Virus record (IMG/VR): IMGVR_UViG_2740892042_000003 | Source: a virus | Lineage: Duplodnaviria; Heunggongvirae; Uroviricota; Caudoviricetes | Reading direction: 5' to 3' (one strand) | Length of the DNA: 61,816 bases | Shown here: positions 42,542 to 53,257 of the stretch, piece after piece | How the letters are laid out: each line of letters opens with the position of its first letter | How positions within the stretch are numbered: position 1 is the stretch's first letter | Position numbers and translations under genes: made by a program | Notes under the pieces: model-generated | Told to the model about the DNA's origin: nothing | Seen by the model: the letters and a program-made list of their open reading frames with translations, nothing else | Databases searched by the model: none

Positions 42542-43282
42542 ATGCCAACACCAAATCCTCTGGCACCGGTGAAAGGGGCCGGGACCACACTGTGGGTTTA
42601 TAACGGGAGCGGCGACCCTTATGCAAACCCGCTTTCAGACAATGACTGGTCGCGTCTGGCAAAGGTTAAAGACCTGACGCCCGGCGAACTGACCGCTGAG
42701 TCCTATGACGACAGTTATCTCGATGATGAAGATGCGGACTGGACCGCGACCGGACAGGGGCAGAAATCTGCCGGAGATACCAGCTTCACGCTGGCGTGGA
42801 TGCCCGGAGAGCAGGGGCAGCAGGCGCTGCTGGCGTGGTTTAATGAAGGTGATACCCGTGCCTATAAAATCCGCTTCCCGAACGGCACGGTCGATGTGTT
42901 CCGCGGCTGGGTCAGCAGTATCGGTAAGGCGGTGACGGCGAAGGACGTGATCACCCGCACGGTGAAAGTCACCAACGTAGGACGTCCGTCGATGGCAGAA
43001 GATCGCAGCACGGTAACAGCGGCAACCGGTATGACCGTGACGCCAGCCAGCGCTTCCGTAGTGAAAGGGAAGAGCACCACGCTGACCGTGGCATTCCAGC
43101 CGGAAGGCGCAACCGACAAGAGCTTCCGTGCGGTGTCAGCGGATAAAACAAAAGCCACCGTGTCGGTCAGTGGTATGACCATCACCGTGAATGGCGTTGC
43201 TGCAGGTAAGGTCAACATTCCGGTCGTATCCGGTAATGGTGAGTTTGCTGCGGTTGCAGAAATCACCGTCACCGCCAGTTAA
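42542..43282 (+). CDS. V: major tail protein V
   Basis: 246 aa from [14 protein letters not shown]..., matches lambda gpV including C-terminal Ig-like domain. Confidence 0.9.
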   Translation: MPTPNPLAPVKGAGTTLWVYNGSGDPYANPLSDNDWSRLAKVKDLTPGELTAESYDDSYLDDEDADWTATGQGQKSAGDTSFTLAWMPGEQGQQALLAWFNEGDTRAYKIRFPNGTVDVFRGWVSSIGKAVTAKDVITRTVKVTNVGRPSMAEDRSTVTAATGMTVTPASASVVKGKSTTLTVAFQPEGATDKSFRAVSADKTKATVSVSGMTITVNGVAAGKVNIPVVSGNGEFAAVAEITVTAS

Positions 43283-43297
43283 TCCGGAGAGTCAGAG

Positions 43298-43720
43298 ATG
43301 TTCCTGAAAACCGAATCATTTGAACATAACGGTGTGACCGTCACGCTTTCTGAACTGTCAGCCCTGCAGCGTATTGAGCATCTCGCCCTGATGAAACGGC
43401 AGGCAGAACAGGCGGAGTCAGACAGCAACCGGAAGTTTACTGTGGAAGACGCCATCAGAACCGGCGCGTTTCTGGTGGCGATGTCCCTGTGGCATAACCA
43501 TCCGCAGAAGACGCAGATGCCGTCCATGAATGAAGCCGTTAAACAGATTGAGCAGGAAGTGCTTACCACCTGGCCCACGGAGGCAATTTCTCATGCTGAA
43601 AACGTGGTGTACCGGCTGTCTGGTATGTATGAGTTTGTTGTGAATAATACCCCTGAACAGACAGAGGACGCCGGGCCTGCAGAGCCTGTTTCTGCGGGAA
43701 AGTGTTCGACGGTGAGCTGA
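43298..43720 (+). CDS. G: tail assembly chaperone G
   Basis: 140 aa matching lambda gpG. Confidence 0.9.
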   Translation: MFLKTESFEHNGVTVTLSELSALQRIEHLALMKRQAEQAESDSNRKFTVEDAIRTGAFLVAMSLWHNHPQKTQMPSMNEAVKQIEQEVLTTWPTEAISHAENVVYRLSGMYEFVVNNTPEQTEDAGPAEPVSAGKCSTVS

Positions 43721-44136
43721 GTTTTGCCCTGAAACTGGCGCGTGAGATGGGGCGACCCGACTGGCGTGCCATGCTTGCCGGGATGTCATCCACGGAGTAT
43801 GCCGACTGGCACCGCTTTTACAGTACCCATTATTTTCATGATGTTCTGCTGGATATGCACTTTTCCGGGCTGACGTACACCGTGCTCAGCCTGTTTTTCA
43901 GCGATCCGGATATGCATCCGCTGGATTTCAGTTTGCTGAACCGGCGCGAGGCTGACGAGGAGCCTGAAGATGATGTGCTGATGCAGAAAGCGGCAGGGCT
44001 TGCCGGAGGTGTCCGCTTTGGCCCGGACGGGAATGAAGTTATCCCTACTTCCCCGGATGTGGCGGACATGACGGAGGATGACGTAATGCTGATGACAGTA
44101 TCAGAAGGGATCGCAGGAGGAGTCCGGTATGGCTGA
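43702..44136 (+). CDS. T: T segment of G-T fusion made by -1 frameshift
   Basis: -1-frame ORF matching lambda T; slippery gggaaag at about 43694-43700. Confidence 0.8.
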   Translation: MFDGELSFALKLAREMGRPDWRAMLAGMSSTEYADWHRFYSTHYFHDVLLDMHFSGLTYTVLSLFFSDPDMHPLDFSLLNRREADEEPEDDVLMQKAAGLAGGVRFGPDGNEVIPTSPDVADMTEDDVMLMTVSEGIAGGVRYG

Positions 44137-46708
44137 ACCGGTAGGCGATCTGGTCGTTGATTTGAGTCTGGATGCGGCCAGATTTGACGAGCAGATGGCC
44201 AGAGTCAGGCGTCATTTTTCCGGTACGGAAAGTGATGCGAAAAAAACAGCGGCAGTCGTTGAACAGTCGCTGAGCCGACAGGCGCTGGCTGCACAGAAAG
44301 CGGGGATTTCCGTCGGGCAGTATAAAGCCGCCATGCGTATGCTGCCTGCACAGTTCACCGACGTGGCCACGCAGCTTGCAGGCGGGCAAAGTCCGTGGCT
44401 GATCCTGCTGCAACAGGGTGGTCAGGTTAAGGACTCCTTCGGCGGGATGATCCCCATGTTCAGGGGGCTTGCCGGTGCGATCACCCTGCCGATGGTGGGG
44501 GCCACCTCGCTGGCGGTGGCGACCGGTGCGCTGGCGTATGCCTGGTATCAGGGCAACTCAACCCTGTCCGATTTCAACAAAACGCTGGTCCTTTCCGGCA
44601 ATCAGGCGGGACTGACGGCAGATCGTATTCTGGCCCTGTCCAGAGCCGGGCAGGCGGCAGGGCTGACGTTTAACCAGACCAGCGAGTCACTGACGGCGCT
44701 GGTGAATGCCGGTGTGCGTGGTGGTGAGCAGTTTGAGGCGATCAGCCAGAGTGTGGCGCGTTTCTCCTCTGCATCCGGCGTGGAGGTGGACAAGGTCGCT
44801 GAAGCCTTCGGGAAGCTGACCACAGACCCGACGTCGGGACTGACAGCGATGGCACGTCAGTTCCATAACGTGACGGCGGAGCAGATTGCGTATGTTGCTC
44901 AGTTGCAGCGTTCCGGAGATGAAGCCGGGGCATTGCAGGCGGCGAACGAGGCCGCAACGAAAGGGTTTGATGACCAGACCCGCCGCCTGAAAGAGAACAT
45001 GGGCACGCTGGAGACCTGGGCAGACAGGACAGCACGGGCATTCAAATCCATGTGGGATTCGGTGCTGGATATTGGTCGCCCGGACACTGCCCGGGAAATG
45101 CTGGAGAAAGCAGAAAAGGCTTTTGATGAGGCGGACAAAAAATGGCAGTGGTATCAGAGCCGGAGCCACCGGCGCGGTAAAACATCCGCATTTCTTGCCA
45201 ATCTCCGGGGAGCATGGGAGGACAGAGCGAATGCGCAACTTGGGCTTTCAGCCGCCACGTTGCAGGCCGATCTTGAAAAGGCCAGAGAGATGGCAGCAAA
45301 GGACTGGGCCGAGTCTGAGGCATCACGGCTGAAATATACCGAAGAGGCGCAGAAGGCTTATGAACGCCTGCAGACGCCGCTGGAGAAATATACCGCCCGT
45401 CAGGAAGAACTGAACAAGGCACTGAAGGACGGGAAAATTCTGCAGGCAGATTACAACACGCTGATGGCGGCGGCGAAAAAGGACTATGAAGCGACGCTGA
45501 AAAAGCCGAAACAGTCCGGCGTGAAGGTGTCTGCGGGCGATCGTCAGGAAGACAGTGCTCATGCTGCCCTGCTGACGCTTCAGGCTGAACTCCGGACGCT
45601 GGAGAGGCATGCCGGAGCAAATGAGAAAATCAGCCAGCAGCGCCGGGATTTGTGGAAGGCGGAGAGTCAGTTCGCGGTACTGGAGGAGGCGGCGCAACGT
45701 CGCCAGCTGTCTGCACAGGAGAAATCCCTGCTGGCGCATAAAGATGAGACGCTGGAGTACAAACGCCAGCTGGCTGCACTTGGCGACAAGGTTACGTATC
45801 AGGAGCGCCTGAACGCGCTGGCGCAGCAGGCGGATAAATTCGCACAGCAGCAACGGGCAAAACGGGCCGCCATTGATGCGAAAAGCCGGGGGCTGACTGA
45901 CCGGCAGGCAGAACGGGAAGCCACGGAACAGCGCCTGAAGGAACAGTATGGCGATAATCCGCTGGCGCTGAATAACGTCATGTCAGAGCAGAAAAAGACC
46001 TGGGCGGCTGAAGACCAGCTTCGCGGGAACTGGATGGCAGGCCTGAAGTCCGGCTGGAGTGAGTGGGAAGAGAGCGCCACGGACAGTATGTCGCAGGTAA
46101 AAAGTGCAGCCACGCAGACCTTTGATGGTATTGCACAGAATATGGCGGCGATGCTGACCGGCAGTGAGCAGAACTGGCGCAGCTTCACCCGTTCCGTGCT
46201 GTCCATGATGACAGAAATTCTGCTTAAGCAGGCAATGGTGGGGATTGTCGGGAGTATCGGCAGCGCCATTGGCGGGGCTGTTGGTGGCGGCGCATCCGCG
46301 TCAGGCGGTACAGCCATTCAGGCCGCTGCGGCGAAATTCCATTTTGCAACCGGAGGATTTACGGGAACCGGCGGCAAATATGAGCCAGCGGGGATTGTTC
46401 ACCGTGGTGAGTTTGTCTTCACGAAGGAGGCAACCAGCCGGATTGGCGTGGGGAATCTTTACCGGCTGATGCGCGGCTATGCCACCGGCGGTTATGTCGG
46501 TACACCGGGCAGCATGGCAGACAGCCGGTCGCAGGCGTCCGGGACGTTTGAGCAGAATAACCATGTGGTGATTAACAACGACGGCACGAACGGGCAGATA
46601 GGTCCGGCCGCTCTGAAGGCGGTGTATGACATGGCCCGCAAGGGTGCCCGTGATGAAATTCAGACACAGATGCGTGATGGTGGCCTGTTCTCCGGAGGTG
46701 GACGATGA
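44129..46708 (+). CDS. H: tape measure protein H
   Basis: 859 aa matching lambda gpH. Confidence 0.95.
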   Translation: MAEPVGDLVVDLSLDAARFDEQMARVRRHFSGTESDAKKTAAVVEQSLSRQALAAQKAGISVGQYKAAMRMLPAQFTDVATQLAGGQSPWLILLQQGGQVKDSFGGMIPMFRGLAGAITLPMVGATSLAVATGALAYAWYQGNSTLSDFNKTLVLSGNQAGLTADRILALSRAGQAAGLTFNQTSESLTALVNAGVRGGEQFEAISQSVARFSSASGVEVDKVAEAFGKLTTDPTSGLTAMARQFHNVTAEQIAYVAQLQRSGDEAGALQAANEAATKGFDDQTRRLKENMGTLETWADRTARAFKSMWDSVLDIGRPDTAREMLEKAEKAFDEADKKWQWYQSRSHRRGKTSAFLANLRGAWEDRANAQLGLSAATLQADLEKAREMAAKDWAESEASRLKYTEEAQKAYERLQTPLEKYTARQEELNKALKDGKILQADYNTLMAAAKKDYEATLKKPKQSGVKVSAGDRQEDSAHAALLTLQAELRTLERHAGANEKISQQRRDLWKAESQFAVLEEAAQRRQLSAQEKSLLAHKDETLEYKRQLAALGDKVTYQERLNALAQQADKFAQQQRAKRAAIDAKSRGLTDRQAEREATEQRLKEQYGDNPLALNNVMSEQKKTWAAEDQLRGNWMAGLKSGWSEWEESATDSMSQVKSAATQTFDGIAQNMAAMLTGSEQNWRSFTRSVLSMMTEILLKQAMVGIVGSIGSAIGGAVGGGASASGGTAIQAAAAKFHFATGGFTGTGGKYEPAGIVHRGEFVFTKEATSRIGVGNLYRLMRGYATGGYVGTPGSMADSRSQASGTFEQNNHVVINNDGTNGQIGPAALKAVYDMARKGARDEIQTQMRDGGLFSGGGR

Positions 46709-47034
46709 AGACCTTCCGCTGGAAAGTGAAACCCGGTATGGATGTGACATCGGCTCCTTCTGTCAGGGAGGTGCGCTTTGGTGATGGCTATTCCCAGCGT
46801 GCGCCTGCCGGGCTGAACGCTGACCTGAAAACGTACAGCGTGACGCTGTCTGTCTCCCGTGAGGAGGCCACGGCGCTGGAGTCGTTTCTGGCTGAGCACG
46901 GGGGCTGGAAGGCCTTTCTGTGGACGCCGCCTTATGGTTACAGGCAGATAAAGGTGACCTGCGCAAAATGGTCGTCGCAGGTCAGTATGTTGCGTGTTGA
47001 GTTCAGCGCAGAGTTTAAACAGGTGGTGAACTGA
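46705..47034 (+). CDS. M: minor tail protein M
   Basis: 109 aa matching lambda gpM. Confidence 0.9.
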   Translation: MKTFRWKVKPGMDVTSAPSVREVRFGDGYSQRAPAGLNADLKTYSVTLSVSREEATALESFLAEHGGWKAFLWTPPYGYRQIKVTCAKWSSQVSMLRVEFSAEFKQVVN

Positions 47035-47732
47035 TGCAGGATATCCGGCAGGAAACACTGAATGAATGCACCCGTGCGGAGCAGTCGGCCAGCGTGGTGC
47101 TCTGGGAAATCGATCTGACAGAGGTCGGTGGTGAACGTTATTTTTTCTGTAATGAGCAGAACGAAAAAGGTGAGCCGGTTACCTGGCAGGGGCGACAGTA
47201 TCAGGCGTATCCCATTCAGGGGAGCGGTTTTGAACTGAATGGCAAAGGCACCAGTACGCGCCCCACGCTGACGGTTTCTAACCTGTACGGTATGGTCACC
47301 GGGATGGCGGAAGATCTGCAGAGTCTGGTCGGCGGAACGGTGGTCAGGCGTAAGGTTTACGCCCGTTTTCTGGATGCGGTGAACTTCGTCAACGGAAACA
47401 GCGACGCCGATCCGGAGCAGGAGGTGATCAGCCGCTGGCGCATCGAGCAGTGCAGCGAACTGAGCGCAGTCAGTGCCTCTTTTGTACTGTCCACGCCGAC
47501 GGAAACGGACGGCGCTGTTTTTCCGGGACGTATCATGCTGGCCAACACCTGCACCTGGACCTATCGCGGTGATGAGTGCGGTTATAGCGGTCCGGCGGTC
47601 GCGGATGAATATGACCAGCCAACGTTCGATATCACGAAGGATAAATGCAGCAAATGCCTGAGTGGCTGTAAGTTCCGCAATAACGTCGATAACTTTGGCG
47701 GCTTCCTTTCCATTAACAAACTTTCGCAGTAA
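47034..47732 (+). CDS. L: minor tail protein L
   Basis: 232 aa matching lambda gpL. Confidence 0.9.
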   Translation: MQDIRQETLNECTRAEQSASVVLWEIDLTEVGGERYFFCNEQNEKGEPVTWQGRQYQAYPIQGSGFELNGKGTSTRPTLTVSNLYGMVTGMAEDLQSLVGGTVVRRKVYARFLDAVNFVNGNSDADPEQEVISRWRIEQCSELSAVSASFVLSTPTETDGAVFPGRIMLANTCTWTYRGDECGYSGPAVADEYDQPTFDITKDKCSKCLSGCKFRNNVDNFGGFLSINKLSQ

Positions 47733-47737
47733 ATCTC

Positions 47738-48481
47738 ATGACAGAGACAGAATCAGCGATTCTGGCGCACGCCCGGCGATGTGCGCCAGCGGAGTCGTGC
47801 GGCTTCGTGGTGAGAACGCCGGAGGGGGAAAGATATTTTCCCTGCGTGAATATTTCCGGTGAGCCGGAGGAGTATTTCCGGATGGCTCCGGAGGACTGGC
47901 TGCAGGCAGAGATGCAGGGTGAGATTGTGGCGCTGGTCCACAGCCACCACGGTGGTCTGCCCTGGCTGAGTGAGGCCGACAGGCGGCTGCAGGTGCAGAG
48001 TGATTTGCCGTGGTGGCTGGTCTGCCGGGGTGAGATTCATAAGTTCCGCTGTGTGCCGCATCTCACCGGGCGGCGCTTTGAGCACGGGGTGACGGACTGT
48101 TACACGCTGTTCCGGGACGCTTACCATCTGGCGGGGATTGAGATGCCGGACTTTCATCGTGAGGATGACTGGTGGCGTCACGGTCAGAATCTCTATCTGG
48201 ATAATCTGGAGGCAACGGGGCTGTATCAGGTGCCGTTGTCAGCGGCGCAGCCGGGCGATGTGCTGCTGTGCTGCTTTGGTTCATCGGTGCCGAATCATGC
48301 CGCCATTTACTGTGGTGACGGCGAGCTGCTGCACCATATTCCTGAACAACTGAGCAAACGAGAGAGGTATACCGACAAATGGCAGCGACGCACACACTCC
48401 CTCTGGCGTCACCGGGCATGGCGCGCATCTGCCTTTACGGGGATTTACAACGATTTGGTCGCCGCATCGACCTTCGTGTGA
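47738..48481 (+). CDS. K: tail assembly protein K
   Basis: 247 aa matching lambda gpK; overlaps I. Confidence 0.9.
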   Translation: MTETESAILAHARRCAPAESCGFVVRTPEGERYFPCVNISGEPEEYFRMAPEDWLQAEMQGEIVALVHSHHGGLPWLSEADRRLQVQSDLPWWLVCRGEIHKFRCVPHLTGRRFEHGVTDCYTLFRDAYHLAGIEMPDFHREDDWWRHGQNLYLDNLEATGLYQVPLSAAQPGDVLLCCFGSSVPNHAAIYCGDGELLHHIPEQLSKRERYTDKWQRRTHSLWRHRAWRASAFTGIYNDLVAASTFV

Positions 48482-49050
48482 AAACGGGGGCTGAAGCCAT
48501 CCGGGCACTGGCCACACAGCTCCCGGCGTTTCGTCAGAAACTGAGCGACGGCTGGTATCAGGTACGGATTGCCGGGCGGGATGTCAGCACGTCCGGGTTA
48601 ACGGCGCAGTTACATGAGACTCTGCCTGATGGCGCTGTGATTCATATTGTTCCCAGAGTCGCCGGGGCCAAGTCAGGTGGTGTATTCCAGATTGTCCTGG
48701 GAGCAGCCGCCATTGCCGGATCATTCTTTACCGCCGGAGCCACCCTTGCAGCATGGGGGGCTGCCATTGGTGCCGGTGGTATGACCGGCATTCTGTTTTC
48801 TCTCGGTGCCAGTATGGTGCTCGGCGGTGTGGCTCAGATGCTGGCACCGAAAGCCAGAACTCCCCGCACACAGACAACGGATAACGGTAAGCAGAACACC
48901 TATTTCTCCTCATTGGATAACATGGTTGCCCAGGGCAATGTCCTGCCTGTTCTGTACGGTGAAATGCGCGTGGGGTCACGTGTGGCATCTCAGGAGATCA
49001 GCACGGCAGATGAAGGGGACGGTGGTCAGGTTGTGGTGATTGGTCGATGA
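48379..49050 (+). CDS. I: tail assembly protein I
   Basis: 223 aa matching lambda gpI. Confidence 0.85.
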   Translation: MAATHTLPLASPGMARICLYGDLQRFGRRIDLRVKTGAEAIRALATQLPAFRQKLSDGWYQVRIAGRDVSTSGLTAQLHETLPDGAVIHIVPRVAGAKSGGVFQIVLGAAAIAGSFFTAGATLAAWGAAIGAGGMTGILFSLGASMVLGGVAQMLAPKARTPRTQTTDNGKQNTYFSSLDNMVAQGNVLPVLYGEMRVGSRVASQEISTADEGDGGQVVVIGR

Positions 49051-49110
49051 TGCAAAATATTTTATGTGAAACCGCCTGCGGGCGGTTTTGTCGTTTATGG
49101 AGCATGACGA

Positions 49111-52100
49111 ATGGGTAAAGGCAGCAGTAAGGGGCATACCCCGCGCGAAGCGAAGGACAACCTGAAATCCACGCAATTACTGAGTGTGATCGATGCCATC
49201 AGCGAAGGGCCGATTGAAGGTCCGGTGGATGGATTAAAAAGCGTGCTGCTGAACAGTACACCGGTGCTGGACAGTGAGGGGAATACCAACATCTCCGGTG
49301 TTACGGTGGTGTTCCGGGCAGGTGAGCAGGAGCAGACACCGCCGGAGGGATTTGAATCCTCCGGTTCCGAGACGGTGCTGGGTACGGAAGTGAAATACGA
49401 CACGCCGATCACCCGGACCATCACGTCTGCAAACATCGACCGTCTGCGCTTTACCTTCGGTGTGCAGGCACTGGTGGAAACCACCTCAAAGGGTGACAGG
49501 AATCCGTCGGAAGTCCGCCTGCTGGTTCAGATACAACGTAACGGTGGCTGGGTGACGGAAAAAGACATCACCATTAAGGGCAAAACCACCTCGCAGTATC
49601 TGGCCTCGGTGGTGGTGGGTAACCTGCCGCCGCGCCCGTTTAATATCCGGATGCGCAGGATGACGCCGGACAGCACCACAGACCAGCTGCAGAACAAAAC
49701 GCTCTGGTCGTCATACACTGAAATCATCGATGTGAAACAGTGCTACCCGAACACGGCACTGGTCGGCGTGCAGGTGGACTCGGAACAGTTCGGCAGCCAG
49801 CAGGTGAGCCGTAATTATCATCTTCGCGGGCGCATTCTGCAGGTGCCATCGAACTATAACCCGCAGACGCGGCAATACAGCGGTATCTGGGACGGGACGT
49901 TTAAACCGGCATACAGCAACAACATGGCCTGGTGTCTGTGGGATATGCTGACCCACCCGCGCTACGGCATGGGGAAACGTCTTGGTGCGGCGGATGTGGA
50001 CAAATGGGCGCTGTATGTCATCGGCCAGTATTGCGATCAGTCAGTGCCGGATGGCTTTGGTGGCACGGAGCCGCGCATCACCTGTAACGCTTACCTGACC
50101 ACACAGCGTAAGGCGTGGGATGTGCTCAGTGATTTCTGTTCGGCGATGCGCTGTATGCCGGTATGGAACGGGCAGACGCTGACGTTCGTGCAGGACCGAC
50201 CGTCGGATAAGGTGTGGACCTATAACCGCAGTAATGTGGTGATGCCGGATGATGGCGCGCCGTTCCGCTACAGCTTCAGCGCCCTGAAGGACCGCCATAA
50301 TGCCGTTGAGGTGAACTGGATTGACCCGAACAACGGCTGGGAGACGGCGACAGAGCTTGTTGAAGATACGCAGGCCATTGTCCGTTACGGTCGTAATGTC
50401 ACGAAGATGGATGCCTTTGGCTGTACCAGCCGGGGGCAGGCACACCGCGCCGGGCTGTGGCTGATTAAAACTGAACTGCTGGAGACGCAGACCGTGGACT
50501 TCAGCGTGGGTGCCGAAGGGCTTCGCCATGTACCGGGCGATGTCATTGAAATCTGTGATGATGACTATGCCGGTATCAGCATCGGTGGTCGCGTGCTGGC
50601 GGTGAACAGCCAGACCCGGACGCTGACGCTCGACCGTGAAATCACGCTGCCATCCTCCGGCACCACGCTGATAAGCCTGGTTGACGGAAGTGGCAATCCG
50701 GTCAGCGTGGAGGTTCAGTCCGTCACCGACGGCGTGAAGGTAAAAGTGAACCGGGTTCCTGACGGTGTTGCCGAATACAGCGTATGGGGGCTGAAGCTGC
50801 CGACGCTGCGCCAGCGCCTGTTCCGCTGTGTGAGTATCCGTGAGAACGATGACGGCACGTATGCCATCACTGCCGTGCAGCATGTGCCGGAGAAAGAAGC
50901 CATCGTGGATAACGGGGCGCACTTTGACGGCGACCAGAGCGGAACGGTGAACGGTGTCACGCCGCCAGCAGTGCAGCACCTGACCGCAGAAGTCACCGCA
51001 GACAGCGGGGAATACCAGGTGCTGGCGCGCTGGGATACGCCGAAGGTGGTGAAGGGGGTGAGCTTTATGCTTCGCCTGACCGTGGCAGCGGATGACGGCA
51101 GTGAGCGGCTGGTCAGCACGGCCCGGACGACGGAAACCACATACCGCTTCAGGCAACTGGCGCTGGGAAACTACAGACTGACGGTCCGGGCGGCAAATGC
51201 CTGGGGGCAGCAGGGCGATCCGGCGTCGGTATCGTTCCGGATTGCCGCACCGGCAGCACCGTCGCAGATTGAGCTGACGCCGGGCTATTTTCAGATAACC
51301 GCCACGCCGCATCTTGCCGTTTATGATCCGACGGTACAGTTTGAGTTCTGGTTCTCGGAAAAGCGGATTGCGGATATCAGGCAGGTTGAAACCACAGCCA
51401 GCTATCTTGGCACGGCGCTGTACTGGATAGCTGCCAGTATCAATATTAAGCCGGGTCATGATTATTATTTTTACGTTCGCAGTGTGAACACCGTTGGCAA
51501 ATCGGCATTCGTGGAGGCTGTCGGTCGGGCGAGCGATGATGCGGAAGGTTACCTGGATTTTTTCAAAGGCCAGATAACCGAATCCCATCTCGGCAAGGAG
51601 CTGCTGGAAAAAGTCGAGCTGACGGAGGATAACGCCAGCAAACTGGAGGAGTTTTCGAAAGAGTGGAAAGACGCCAACGATAAATGGAATGCCATGTGGG
51701 GCGTCAAAATTGAGCAGACCGAAGACGGCAGGCATTATGTCGCGGGGCTTGGCCTCAGCATGGAGGATACAGAGGAAGGCAAACTGAGCCAGTTCCTGGT
51801 TGCCGCTAACCGTATCGCGTTTATTGACCCGGCAAACGGGAATGAAACGCCGATGTTTGTGGCGCAGGGCAACCAGATATTCATGAACGACGTGTTCCTG
51901 AAGTATCTGACGGCTCCCACCATTACCAGCGGCGGCAATCCTCCGGTATTTTCCCTGACACCGGACGGGCGGCTGACGGCGAAAAATGCCGATATCAGCG
52001 GTAACGTGAATGCGAACTCCGGGACGCTCAACAACGTCACGGTAAATGAAAACTGTACGATTAAGGGCATGCTGGAGGCGAACCAGGTCAGAGGTGACTT

Positions 52101-52524
52101 CGTTAAAACTGTATCCAAACCATTTCCGAAAAAGGCTGGTACGTGGGGTAACACGGAAACACCAAACGGGACGGTTACAGTCACCATCAGTGATGATCAT
52201 AACTTTGACCGTCAAATCATTATTCCGCCCATTATCTTTAACGGAATAGCGTATAGCGATCCGGGAAGTGGTAATAACCCGGGAGGTACAAGATACACGG
52301 GTTATGGTTTTGAAGTTCGCAAAAACGGTGTATTAATCGCATCCAGAGAAACTAAAGGGGCCATTCCCGGTAGCTACAGTGCGGTTATTGATATGCCGAG
52401 TGGCAGGGGAAGCGTCACTCTGGAGTTTAAGATTTTCCAGAAAGGCAATCAGTGGGCAGGTAATATCACCGATTGTACGGTGATTGTGACCAAAAAAGCC
52501 GCTTCCGGCATCAGTATTCGTTGA
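49111..52524 (+). CDS. J: central tail fibre / host specificity protein J
   Basis: 1137 aa matching lambda gpJ over most of its length. Confidence 0.95.
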   Translation: MGKGSSKGHTPREAKDNLKSTQLLSVIDAISEGPIEGPVDGLKSVLLNSTPVLDSEGNTNISGVTVVFRAGEQEQTPPEGFESSGSETVLGTEVKYDTPITRTITSANIDRLRFTFGVQALVETTSKGDRNPSEVRLLVQIQRNGGWVTEKDITIKGKTTSQYLASVVVGNLPPRPFNIRMRRMTPDSTTDQLQNKTLWSSYTEIIDVKQCYPNTALVGVQVDSEQFGSQQVSRNYHLRGRILQVPSNYNPQTRQYSGIWDGTFKPAYSNNMAWCLWDMLTHPRYGMGKRLGAADVDKWALYVIGQYCDQSVPDGFGGTEPRITCNAYLTTQRKAWDVLSDFCSAMRCMPVWNGQTLTFVQDRPSDKVWTYNRSNVVMPDDGAPFRYSFSALKDRHNAVEVNWIDPNNGWETATELVEDTQAIVRYGRNVTKMDAFGCTSRGQAHRAGLWLIKTELLETQTVDFSVGAEGLRHVPGDVIEICDDDYAGISIGGRVLAVNSQTRTLTLDREITLPSSGTTLISLVDGSGNPVSVEVQSVTDGVKVKVNRVPDGVAEYSVWGLKLPTLRQRLFRCVSIRENDDGTYAITAVQHVPEKEAIVDNGAHFDGDQSGTVNGVTPPAVQHLTAEVTADSGEYQVLARWDTPKVVKGVSFMLRLTVAADDGSERLVSTARTTETTYRFRQLALGNYRLTVRAANAWGQQGDPASVSFRIAAPAAPSQIELTPGYFQITATPHLAVYDPTVQFEFWFSEKRIADIRQVETTASYLGTALYWIAASINIKPGHDYYFYVRSVNTVGKSAFVEAVGRASDDAEGYLDFFKGQITESHLGKELLEKVELTEDNASKLEEFSKEWKDANDKWNAMWGVKIEQTEDGRHYVAGLGLSMEDTEEGKLSQFLVAANRIAFIDPANGNETPMFVAQGNQIFMNDVFLKYLTAPTITSGGNPPVFSLTPDGRLTAKNADISGNVNANSGTLNNVTVNENCTIKGMLEANQVRGDFVKTVSKPFPKKAGTWGNTETPNGTVTVTISDDHNFDRQIIIPPIIFNGIAYSDPGSGNNPGGTRYTGYGFEVRKNGVLIASRETKGAIPGSYSAVIDMPSGRGSVTLEFKIFQKGNQWAGNITDCTVIVTKKAASGISIR

Positions 52525-52593
52525 AATTGTTATAACCCATATAAGGGCACCAGAAATGGTGCCTTTTTTATTGCAGAAAAGCGAGAGGTAATT

Positions 52594-53193
52594 ATGCGTA
52601 AACTTTATGCCGCCATTTTTTCCGCAGCCATCTGTCTGGCCGTATCCGGTGCGCCTGCATGGGCATCTGAACATCAGTCCACGCTGAGCGCGGGGTATCT
52701 TCATGCCTCGACGAACGTTCCCGGCAGCGATGATCTTAACGGGATTAACGTGAAATACCGTTATGAGTTTACGGACACACTGGGGCTGGTGACGTCATTC
52801 AGCTATGCAGGAGACAAGAATCGCCAGCTTACCCGTTACAGCGATACCCGCTGGCATGAAGATTCCGTGCGTAACCGCTGGTTCAGCGTGATGGCGGGGC
52901 CGTCTGTGCGCGTGAATGAATGGTTCAGTGCTTATGCGATGGCGGGTGTGGCTTACAGCCGTGTTTCGACGTTCTCCGGGGATTATCTCCGCGTAACTGA
53001 CAACAAGGGGAAAACGCACGATGTGCTGACCGGAAGTGATGACGGTCGCCACAGCGACACGTCTCTGGCGTGGGGAGCTGGCGTGCAGTTTAACCCGACC
53101 GAATCCGTGGCCATTGATATTGCTTATGAAGGTTCCGGCAGTGGCGACTGGCGTACTGACGGTTTCATCGTGGGTGTCGGTTATAAATTCTGA
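52594..53193 (+). CDS. lom: outer membrane protein Lom (Ail/Lom family)
   Basis: 199 aa with signal peptide and beta-barrel, C-terminal F; matches lambda Lom. Confidence 0.9.
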
Positions 53194-53257
53194 TTAGCCA
53201 GGTAACACAGTGTTATTACAGCCCGCCGGTTCAGGCGGGCTTTTTTGTGGAGTGGAT

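Noticed and set aside
50041-52215. 724-aa minus-strand ORF
   Set aside because: Antisense to the lambda-identical J gene; long open frames on the opposite strand are expected in GC-rich coding DNA
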